NCBI GenBank assembly: GCA_024626585.2
Contig: JANKJI020000004.1
Location: 39,608,369 to 39,628,211, forward strand
From: Ginkgo biloba
Taxonomy: Eukaryota; Plantae; Ginkgophyta
Direction of reading: 5' to 3'
DNA length: 19,843 nt
The notes under the pieces were generated by a model. The model worked only from the letters and a program-made list of their open reading frames with translations. It had not been told where the DNA came from and ran no database searches. The position numbers were made by a program, and so were the translations under genes. Positions within the stretch are counted from its first letter, which is position 1. Each line of letters starts with the position of its first letter. Positions 10,790-19,843 of this stretch are shown piece by piece.

Positions 10790-11338
10790 ATTTGAATGCC
10801 ATAATTTGTAGTAGGCCATTAGAATCTTGGATAGTCTCTCCATGCCACTATTTGATTTCTCTTGATGGATTATAATGGATCTCAGATCTCACAAGGTTTG
10901 TAACTAGTTCAGATAGAGCTCTTGGATCATAGGCCACAAGTGAGGGCACACACATGGGAACTAGGATAGTGGAGGAACTCTTGGTCGAGAAGAATCTTTG
11001 TTTAATCTCTTCTTCATCAGTGATGTTGTGTAGGGCATTGCAGTATAGAAAATAGTGTTAGTTGGTTGAAAGGGTTGGCATTGTTGTCGAAGATCAAGTG
11101 GGATAAGGAATTATCCATTTGGACAGTGATAAGTGGTGCTCCCTCTCCTTTGTTCTAGACTATCTTATGTTAAATCTATAATTCCATTATTACCTCTGTT
11201 ACCATTGTTTTTTTCATTGTTGTTGTTAATGAATTTGCTTCTATTATTATAGCTATTATTATCGCCATTACCACTACTACCAATGTGATTATTATAGGTA
11301 TAGTTGTTTTTGCCAATACCATTGCTACCATTCATAGT
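10790..11338 (-). mobile_element. Possible decayed gag C-terminal region with an Asn/Gly-rich tract
   Basis: The minus strand encodes NGSNGIGKNNYTYNNHIGSSGNGDNNSYNNRSKFINNNNEKNNGNRGNNG, followed by a frameshift-damaged ...TTYHCPN. This order (N/G-rich tract, then zinc knuckle) is common in Ty3 gag, but the match is weak. Confidence 0.35.
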
Positions 11339-13499
11339 NNNNNNNNNNNNNNNNNNNNNNNNNNNNNNNNNNNNNNNNNNNNNNNNNNNNNNNNNNNNNN
11401 NNNNNNNNNNNNNNNNNNNNNNNNNNNNNNNNNNNNNNCTTTCATTAGTATAAATGTATAGATAATTTATATTACACTTCATTATAATGTTTGGCTTGTG
11501 AGTTGAATTTTAGTTGTTAAAAATAGTTTGAAACTAAAGGACCTCAAACAATTAACTATCTTAATCATTTCAATAATTAAATACTTTAAATTTATTGTGA
11601 AAAAAATATAGTCAACTTTGAAGAAGAAATTTTTCAATAGTGTGTTAGTAAAACACTCAAAATACCTCATACAATATTTTAGTCTCAATAAATGTTAAAC
11701 TAGACTAAAACACTATTTCATTCCAAAACCCTTGATTACTTACCCTAACAACAAAAGCAACTAGAATTTTATGCCCATGTAGTTTGTACCTCATTTAACT
11801 TAAATGCATATTTTCCTCCAATATACATATCCAAATCTTGTGCATGGAACATGTAAGGTTAAAAAATAAAATAATAAAATAATAGAGTGATTACATACAT
11901 GATCTCAGAATCAAGTATTATGTATTTATATTATGTCTTATATAGTATATTACAAAACTATATAGAACAATTTGTGTGAATATATGGCTAACCAATTGTT
12001 TTAGATTTGATAATGGCTATACAAAATAGGGTGCCTCCATGTGGTTGATGCTAATAAAAACTAAAGTTATATTCTTTTATCAGTAGTATGTAGTAAAGTT
12101 TCAATATAGAGATGAACTAGTTGAGTCTTTCACTAACTTCTACATGAATTTCCTCCTTAACAAAAATAAAAATTAATTTTCACCAAAAAGCACCTTGTTC
12201 TTTGTTATTTTCTCTTTTATAATTTTCTAATAACATTGTTCATAACTAATTCACGAAGAATTTACCAACAATCTATAATTTCTTCTTAAAGGATCCTTTC
12301 ATTAAGAAAGCTTGAAGTCATGTGTCCAACTTGAACACTTAGTCATAGGTCATGATCTTTCCATGCTTTTAACATATGATAGAGGTTGTTAGAAGCATTT
12401 TCCTTTAAGACATACTTTTCAACATTATTCATTTCTCTATGACTTCAAGCAACCTTCTTAATCAAGACTTTTCTTTTGGGTGTTGAAGGTCTTGAGAAGG
12501 CTGGTTTGACTATTGGAATCCTCATTGATTTCTCTATCAATCGTAATTATATCCATCTCTCTNNNNNNNNNNAAATTATATTATTCTAAAACTTTTAATA
12601 GTTAAGGGATTTTATAAAAAATGGTGTATTTTAAAAACTTACTTTTGAAAATTTTGGGGGTTTTTGTAAGTTGTGCTTTTACTTGACTGCATTTTCAGTT
12701 TCTTACTAACTTGAGCCCATTTTGTCATGTACCTTGATCATCCTTGAAAGGTGTATATTTATAATTGGAAGCTTCTTTCCACACTTGCCATGCTAGATCC
12801 TTGTTCCTTGGCATTGATGATGCTATCATTTAGTGGTTCCATTGGGACATATTGCATTTAGTGGCTTGTGCTCATCACTTGTTGCAATTTGCATTTCTTG
12901 CAGATGTGCTTTTCATTTCCTAGCTATCTTTTGTTTTTTTGTTTACACATTTTATGGAAGCTTTGACTATGAATGCTATGTTCTTGGAATCTTTGTTCTC
13001 TCTAATTATATATGTGCTCAATTAAGATCCTTCATCCTTTAGTAAGTGCTCGTGTCATGATTAATTTTAAAACTTGGCTTCACTTATTTTTTCTATTGCT
13101 TGATTGGGCACTTTGCTGCCTAAGTTAACTTTTGCACTAACTTCCTAAATTTGAGCAAGTTTTTCCCTTGTGCTATAATCTTGTGCAAGCAAGATCTCTA
13201 GCTCAAATTCGTGCATCTTTTGGGACCTTATTGGTTCCTCTATTAATGTTGCTAGCTTCTCCTTTCAATCTTTTGTCTGTCAATGGCCATTCAACTCCAA
13301 AGTTGCTTGTTTGGCTAGTTTATGGTTGGAATATTTTGCAATTCCTTCCGACTTTGGGGAAAACACAAGCGTTACAAGCACAAAACTGCTAAAGTGAAGA
13401 AAGAAGGCATCAACCATGAGTCTGCATAAAGAAAAGAAACAAAAATGCAAACTTGAGTGTATAAAAAAAAATGCAAGTTGAAAAAGGTTTGACACTTGT

Positions 13500-15049
13500 T
13501 GAATTCGGTTCGAATCGAACCATATGCCTCTAGTTGAAGACCAACTTCAAAGTAGGGAAAACTTTATGGGATATATATATATATATATCCCAATTGCTAT
13601 ATTTTGACATTTTTTCAAAAGATATAAATTTGGCAATGACAACATTTTTGCTAAAACTTCTGCTAATATTTTTCAAATATATTGGAAAATTTTACCATAC
13701 TTGCCTGATTTTATAAATTTTAATGGGAAAATATATATTTATTCTAAACGTTTTCCCTTAACATATATATTCTACATTTTTTACATTAAGAATATTTTCC
13801 AAATAAAGATATTTATAAAATGATTCACTCCTTAAAGTTTTCCTTACTTCAAGCATAAGTGGGAGAGAAGAAGAGGTTTTTAAAGAGGAGTTGGCATAAG
13901 CCAAGAAGGCCTTGAGTCACATATTCTCCTCTTTGAGCAAAGAAAAGTGTTAAGGGGATCATCTTTTATTCTACATTCTCTTATGTATTCCTTTCTAGTC
14001 TTCTAATCTACAAGCTTCTTATGAGCAACCTAGATTTCTATTACTAAATTGTAATGGGATATTTATACAAGTATGTGCCTGCCTATTTGTACTAAGACAT
14101 TGTTGTATTTTGCTGCCATGGGAGGACAACTATTTGTTCTAGACAGGACAAGGGCATTCAACCTGGTAGGGCTTGGGCGATTGGTCATGGAGTCTTAGTA
14201 ATCGTTTAGTCGATTGTTTATGACATCTAAGAAATCCTAGATACTTGTAGAGTAGTTTTTGGTGGTTTACATGGGGTTGTATTATAACTTGTGAATTGGG
14301 TATGGGCTCACATGGGTTGTGTCATCTATATAGGACTGGTTGGATGGAAAATGGGTTCACTAGGAATTGTGATACAGGAATGAAAGTTACCACTCTTTGC
14401 ACATCAAACAATGCAATCACATTGGTAAGCACTTTCTACTTATGTTGTTATCAAGAATAAAATTGGAACAATTATCATTTATTTATGTACGAACCTCTGT
14501 CTATATTGTACATTTTGTCTCCAACGTCACTTTGAATCTTTGCAAGCGGTGTATTAGTTGGAGGTGTTATAGTGGTATAAGAGCCAAGTTTGATTCACAC
14601 TTGAAGTTGCCAAAGATGACCTAAGGGTCCAAGAGGCTCAGTTGAGAGCTCAAAAGGCCCATGCAAAAAAAATGGAGAGTATGTTGAATGCATTACTCAA
14701 CGGTAATAAACTTGGTGATGACAATAACAATGTCAACCATAAGACAATTGGCAACAGAAGAGGTGGTAGATTTCAATGAGTTTACTAGTGATGAAAGAGA
14801 CAAGGTAGACCAGGAGCGTCACCTATTGTTTCAATTCAAGAGGAAAGGAATGAAGTGCACAGTGGAAGTCCAAGGTAAAATGATCACACAAAAAGTGAAA
14901 CTTCTAATACTTCTACCCCTCTTTATTCCGCCCATGAACTTCAATTGTTGGAAAGTTCGAGGCAATTGAAGATCGTCAAATTGCTTGAATTTGATGGAAA
15001 AGGCAAAGCTGTAGAGTTCCATACCTAAGAAAGTGGTATGAAAAATTAT
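13500..15049 (+). mobile_element. Ty3/gypsy LTR retrotransposon 5' part: LTR (left boundary approximate), tRNA-iMet PBS and decayed gag
   Basis: ggtgttaTA(14571) g TGGTATAAGAGCC (14573-14585) resembles the chromovirus-type GTGTTACA-(N)-TGGTATCAGAGC junction with two substitutions. Downstream are the ORF fragment 14688-14969 and the frameshifted LKIVKLLEFDGKGKAVEFHT*ESGMKNY (14966-15049), matching the gag pattern K.P.FDG......W...M..YF. The element is cut by the 15050 gap. Confidence 0.65.
14573..14585 (+). promoter_or_regulatory. Primer-binding site (tRNA-iMet)
   Basis: TGGTATAAGAGCC, 12/13 match to TGGTATCAGAGCC, directly after a degenerate LTR end and upstream of gag-like sequence. Confidence 0.7.
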
Positions 15050-15852
15050 NNNNNNNNNNNNNNNNNNNNNNNNNNNNNNNNNNNNNNNNNNNNNNNNNNN
15101 NNNNNNNNNNNNNNNNNNNNNNNNNNNNNNNNNNNNNNNNNNNNNNNNNTGTTGTTGATTTCTTAAGCATGATTGTGAGAAGAGTGGCCATGTGTTAGGG
15201 TTTTGAGTTGGCGCCCATACGGTGTTTTTAAGAGGGTTCAAGATATATCACCTAGGACATAAACCCTTAAAAAGTGTGTTAGTCCAATTTTGTTCTCGTG
15301 TATTTTTGGATAGGACTGATTTTGTGCCTTTGGTTATTCATGATCTATGAGATTTTGGTTTGCATTAGGCTTTGATTTAGAAATTCATATTGCATGAACA
15401 CCCTAGTATGGCATATATGAGAAATGTATAGCTTCTTGTCTTGTAGGTGTTAATGAGGATTGGTGTCCTTATATTTGGTATGCATAATGTCATTAGGTAG
15501 CATGGATGACTATATGTGTGGTAAATCTTTAGAAGTTGCCTACAAGGTTTAAGGTTTCATGAGGACATGTGTATGCTATTTTCAGCCATGTGCATAGATT
15601 GGACTGTTTGATATCCATTGTCATTTATATTTATTTTATGTCATTGAGTTCTAGAAGGATTCCTGTGATGTAAGCAACAAGGCTACTAGATTTAGTTTCC
15701 ACATTCATAATGTAATTTTTGTCGTAAACATACATAGTAGCCATAAATTTATATGAGCATACATCAATTGTTTTTGAAAAATGCCATAGAGTCGTTAAAT
15801 TTGGTTGTGATTGCAAGATGATAATGCTCGATGCCAACGTTTGAGACCCAGA

Positions 15853-15938
15853 ATGATGTATACTACATGTAGAACCTTGACTCAACCTTCGAGTATGATG
15901 AATGCTACATGTAGAACCTTAACCTTTGAGTATGATGA
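15853..15938. repeat. Two tandem copies of a 37-42 bp unit
   Basis: atgatgtatactacatgtagaaccttgactcaaccttcgagt (15853-15894), then atgatgaatgctacatgtagaaccttaacctttgagt (15895-15931), then atgatga. Confidence 0.85.
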
Positions 15939-16649
15939 CAAGAGAATTGTTATGCAGTAATGAAGGTTGGTAGGGTTTCTGTCACCATGATGTATAATTG
16001 TGGCAGTGCCTTATAATGGATAATGTTGTGTCCTAGGGACTCTCGTCATTACAACATTTTAAGCCACGATGGGGTCTTACAATAGATAATGTCGTGGCTT
16101 AGGGGTATGAGGATTTCGTTGGATTATGTTGTAACCAAAACTTTTGGGGATAATGTTGTTACAGGCTAGATAAATCAAGCAAATTTGGCTTTGAGCAAGG
16201 CAAAAGTCAAGGAATTGAGTGAAGTAGGTAGTAAGTGGGCACCATTGAGAATAGCTATGATGAGTGAAAAGGAAGAAATTGTCAAGCAACAGTTTGAAAT
16301 TGCAGTATAGAGTGCCTCCAATGGAGTGGCACGTGGCAAATACACATAAGTTGGTGGTTAGGGGTTAGGGCAGCACCAATTGAGTCTAACCAACCTATGG
16401 AGGATTCCAGAGTGCCCTGTATTACTATTTAAGTGAAGTTCAAGCTTGGGCTTGGCAACTTTTCGAAGAAAGAAGTCAGATTTGGATCGTTGCTACATTT
16501 CTGCACTAAAGACATCTCTTTAGAACGTTTTTTTTCTAATTGAATGAGGACGCAACACAAACTAGAGCAATGTCACACTTTGGCAAGCATTTTCAGCCTT
16601 GTTGTAGCCCAAGAAACCTTTGGAGGGTGATGTAGTCATCCTTGGAGCA

Positions 16650-17453
16650 GAGTGCCCTACACTGAAGGAAGATTTGCTATCGGTTATTGGCTGAATTTTG
16701 AAGCATTATTGTGGTAGAGGCTATTGTGAGAGATTCCAGCGACCAACAGTCAAGGACATTTATCGTGACATAGGAATCCATCCTTTGCTATGTGTACTTT
16801 GTGNNNNNNNNNNNNNNNNNNNNNNNNNNNNNNNNNNNNNNNNNNNNNNNNNNNNNNNNNNNNNNNNNNNNNNNNNNNNNNNNNNNNNNNNNNNNNNNNN
16901 NNNAGATTGGGCTGGCAACCTACTAGTAGTGCTATGGGCATATGGTATGGCTTACAAGATAACAACAAGACACAACTCCTTTTTAGTTGGTATATGGTCA
17001 AGAGGCTATAATGCCCCCTTGAATTTGTAATTCGAAGTCTGTAGATAGCATTAGAGAATTGGCTTGAAGATAAGGTCAGTTTGCAAGCAAGATGGATACA
17101 CTTCTATTGTTAGATGAGAGATGAATATGGTGCAATGGGAAATATTGATTGCATAGAAGAGAGAGAAGCAATGGCATGATTGATATCTTTGCCAACAAAA
17201 CATTTGTGTGCATTCTCAAGTGTTGTAGTATGATAGGAAGACGATGATTAAGCTAGGGAAGATGAAAATACAATGGATAGGCCCTTTTCTTCTTATCACT
17301 ATTTTTGAGAATGGATTTATACAGTTAGCCAACTTAGATGGAACAAGGCAGGAAATACTTGTCAATAGTTCAAAGTTAAAGTTGTATCACCTGCAACAAG
17401 GGATAGAGGAAGATGTCCTGGTCAATTATATCAATACAAACTTCAACAACTAG
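16650..17453 (+). pseudogene. Retrotransposon integrase remnant (zinc-binding end, post-catalytic helix region and GPY/F module)
   Basis: CPTLKED and HYCGRGYCERFQRPT resemble WPTL.KD..YC.SCD.CQR.GRP. After the gap comes DWAGNLLVVLWAYGMAYKITT, then a frameshift to TPF*LVYGQEAIMPLEFVIRSL*IA. This is followed by KQWHD...VL*YD...GKMKIQWIGPFLLITIFENGFIQLANLDG...VNSSKLKLYH. There are multiple stops and frameshifts. Confidence 0.9.
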
Positions 17454-17987
17454 AAGAATGCTTTTGTACAACAATTCCAACAATTAAGGCCACCCAATAC
17501 TTATCAACATGATCCTAAGTAGAAATAACCCTGTGAAAGAAGGTGGTGAAGCAGTGGAGGACGTAGACAAAGTTGGCCCTAGTAGCAAGACGACCTATTT
17601 CAGATGTCTTACTTTGGCATCCGACCTTCGATGATTGGACAACTTGTTTTGGATGTTCAGTCCTAGACTCACACTTCCGTACAACTAGACTGAATGGTTT
17701 GTTTTGTATCGTCATATGTCCCTTTGGACATGATGAATGTGGATGAGGATGATGACCTCTTTAAGACATTTAATGCAAATGTCATAGGTATGAATGGCTC
17801 CGAGACGTGCAACGTCAACGAAGATGACACCATGCAAGTGCATGCAAAGTGATGAGAGCATGAAGAGCAAAAGTGGCGTATGCATGAAAGTGACAAGTGG
17901 CAATTTTGGTTATTTTAAGAAACGAGGTGGCAACCCTACACTTTAGAGGGAATTTGGGAAGTTTAATAACTTACGTTCTTTTTTCCC

Positions 17988-17994
17988 TATAAAA
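17988..17994 (+). promoter_or_regulatory. Candidate TATA box for the retroelement extra ORF
   Basis: ccCTATAAAAc lies 42 nt upstream of an ATG in strong plant context (aaaacaacATGGCA, 18030), with a C/A-rich putative initiator and short leader between them. Confidence 0.4.
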
Positions 17995-18029
17995 CATGGA
18001 GAGCCATTCCATTCTCACCACAAAACAAC

Positions 18030-19350
18030 ATGGCAAGCAAAGGAGCCGATGATAATTTTGAGGGAGATTTGGAGCATAGCAAAACGCTGGAGTGTTTTCA
18101 AAAATTATTCCAATTGATTGCATTCATATCCACCCATCCGGGTAAATCTTTGAACTTGCGCAATTTTAATTCTTTAATTCCATGATTCTCCAGTTTCTTT
18201 CTTATATAATTTAGAGTTAAATAGCATGGATGGAGGGAATATAAACCAAAGGTGGTAAAGGAGGGAGANNNNNNNNNNNNNNNNNNNNNNNNNNNNNNNN
18301 NNNNNNNNNNNNNNNNNNNNNNNNNNNNNNNNNNNNNNNNNNNNNNNNNNNNNNNNNNNNNNNNNNNNTATTTGGTTGACTCACCTAAACTTTGTGAATG
18401 GCATGGAGTAATCTTCCCATGGATAACCATGTATGGAGAATGTTGGAAGAACTTGGAGTGTCACAAAGTATTACTATTCTTGTTTTGGCCAAGATTCCAT
18501 TAGTGTTGAAGCAGAAAGTGAGGTGCTATGACCCCCAGACCAACATTTCATGGATTAGGCTGCTAAGGATTTAATACAAACCAACAAACTTTGTGAGTCT
18601 TCTAGCACTTCCAAATGATAGGGAAGAGGTCTCCCTCCCAAGGGTGACCTCTAAGAAGGAAAAAAAAAGGATTTAGATGCTATGCATGGTGGATGATTTG
18701 GAGGAAAGACAACATGGGAGGGATTGAAGTCTCTAATCTATGAATGGAAGACCTTTGCATGGTAGCAACCCTCCTATGATCCATATTGCTTGAGGAATAA
18801 TGCTACAATGACGTTCCCATGTGGTTGGTACCGTACTTAGAAGGATTGCTACAAGGAAAGAAATATAATTGGTGTTGATTTCTTTTGGAGAAGCTACAAT
18901 GGATCTTCAACATGTTGTTATCTAAGGCCTCATGTGGATTCAACTTGTCATTATACCTTATGTGTTTTTATCATGATGTGGTGGGAACCGACTCAGAGTA
19001 GATTCAACTAGAAGTTCTATTCATCATGAGATGGCTGGAGTGTGTGGCGTAGCAACAAGGAAAAAATGGAGTGAAGCTAGTCTTCAAGCAAGAACTTAAG
19101 GAAAATTATAGTATGATAGATCCTATGGAGGAGGAGGAAGAGTTAGAGGGCACTAAGGATTTGGATGAGGTGCAAGAAATCGTCACCTACTCAAATCAAC
19201 CGAGAAAGATGGGAGGAAGCACAATGCCTCAAAATGATATGGTCGAAGGAATAGCTATAGAAGTTAAAAAAGGATAGTTGAGGGTATCCTTGTTTCTCCT
19301 GTTACAAATGCACCTAATGATGTGGAGAAGGAGATGTTTGTAGGAGGTAC
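18030..19350 (+). pseudogene. Decayed accessory ORF downstream of integrase (plant-mobile-domain/Transposase_32-like character)
   Basis: It starts MASKGADDNLREIWSIAKRW. After the gap it reads WRMLEELGVSQSITILVLAKIPLVLKQKVRCYDPQTNISW...FVSLLALPND (18434-18670, one internal stop). A single frame over 18714-19277 (six internal stops) includes VPMWLVPYLEGLLQGKKYNWC*FLLEKLQ...LSLYLMCFY and an acidic tail EEEEELEGTKDLDE. The G..(Y/F)NW..FL and YL...Y pattern is one I recall from Ty3 extra ORFs. Confidence 0.55.
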
Positions 19351-19460
19351 TCCAGATCAGAAGTAGAAGTAGAATCTTTCTTAAGGGATAGCATACCAAC
19401 AAAAGGAGGTTCACTTGAGAAAATTTTAGATTGCAGCAAATACAAAGTGATCAATAAGAG

Positions 19461-19843
19461 TGTCGGTCATTTGAGAAGAATGACCCACTTTGGGTGCTAG
19501 TACAACCCACAACACTGAAACATCTCCGAAGTTCTTAGTGTGCTAGACCTACTCCAACTGTCAATCCCTAGGACACAATCCAATAATTGCTCACACAAGG
19601 GCTATGCTAGTACAATCCCTATTCAAACTAATAAATGTATTTCCATATGCACATACAATCCTCACAGTGGTTACCATGCTCATACAACTCGCCAATGAGT
19701 GGGTTCTAGGGTTTAATTCTAAAAAACATCATGCAACCAACAAACCTTATCAAAACCTAATTATAAACATTGGCAAAAACAACCACAGAATGCACGAATA
19801 GACTGTTTGACTAAGGGCACCTAGAGTCCAAAATTTGGAAATC
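19461..19843. mobile_element. Possible LTR of another (nested) element
   Basis: Abrupt switch from purine-rich coding-like sequence to C/A-rich sequence beginning TGTCGG (19461). An internal repeat gctagtacaa(c/t)cc occurs at ~19496 and ~19606. The other end lies outside the window. Confidence 0.3.

Larger units (their letters stand above)
15960..19350 (+). mobile_element. Decayed Ty3/gypsy non-chromovirus (Tat/Athila-like) internal region: gag zinc knuckle, integrase and extra 3' ORF
   Basis: In order and on one strand: a CCHC-spaced MYNCGSAL*WIMLCP (15990-16034), integrase motifs (16650-17453) and a further decayed ORF (18030-~19350). No RT or RNase H motifs are recognisable between gag and integrase. 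Confidence 0.7.

Noticed and set aside
11050-11150. Minus-strand APLITVQMDNSLSHLIFDNNAN as an aspartic protease site
   Set aside because: It lacks D[ST]G and the downstream sequence does not continue a protease pattern.
12885-13042. Strong acceptor ttgcatttcttgcAG and hydrophobic ORF 12833-13042
   Set aside because: The hydrophobicity reflects T-rich composition, and no PIGN motif appears in any frame.
13507-13521. Inverted repeat GGTTCGA-A-TCGAACC containing a tRNA T-loop/B-box-like GGTTCGAATC
   Set aside because: No cloverleaf, A-box or SINE tail is recognisable around it, and it is too short to call a tRNA or SINE.
15209-15222. TGGCGCCCATACGG as a PBS
   Set aside because: It is not preceded by an LTR-type CA end and the match is short.
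15447-15496. Candidate next PIGN exon (cttcttgtcttgtAG|GTG...AG|GTAGCA; VLMRIGVLIFGMHNVI)
   Set aside because: It has a good acceptor but no similarity to the expected V...LLM...EHSPPLYHAY segment, and it lies in LTR/UTR-like TE sequence.
17800-17900. Cluster of CATGCA/TGCATG (RY-like) motifs
   Set aside because: CATG/TGCA are expected products of CpG deamination in old TEs, and there is no link to a host promoter.
18714-19070. All internal stops being revertible to CGA/CAA/CAG as evidence of methylation-driven decay or RNA editing
   Set aside because: This is true of any stop codon by construction, so it is uninformative without a family consensus.

Overview
Eukaryotic (land-plant) nuclear DNA from a gappy draft assembly, with 16 N-runs of which seven are exactly 100 N. 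The only host coding sequence I can recognise is a single internal exon (~5488-5816, +) of the GPI ethanolamine-phosphate transferase 1 gene (PIGN/MCD4). No neighbouring PIGN exon is visible in the ~5.4 kb upstream or ~14 kb downstream, so the rest of the window is most likely giant intron, as in ferns, gymnosperms and lycophytes (inference). That intron is filled with decayed transposable elements. These include two LTR-end + tRNA-iMet PBS + gag junctions (2218/2220 and 14571/14573) and a LINE ORF2 remnant (~8390-9230). There is also a Ty3/gypsy non-chromovirus-type remnant with a zinc knuckle, an integrase and a downstream extra ORF that has its own TATA box and start context (~15960-19350). 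A CpG-rich, apparently younger insertion carries three ~178-bp tandem units (~7000-7550). Most listed six-frame ORFs are N-gap artefacts or TE fragments. I see no convincing evidence of a new biological system. The best leads are the 178-bp repeat element and the retroelement accessory ORF. All family assignments come from remembered motifs, not from database searches.
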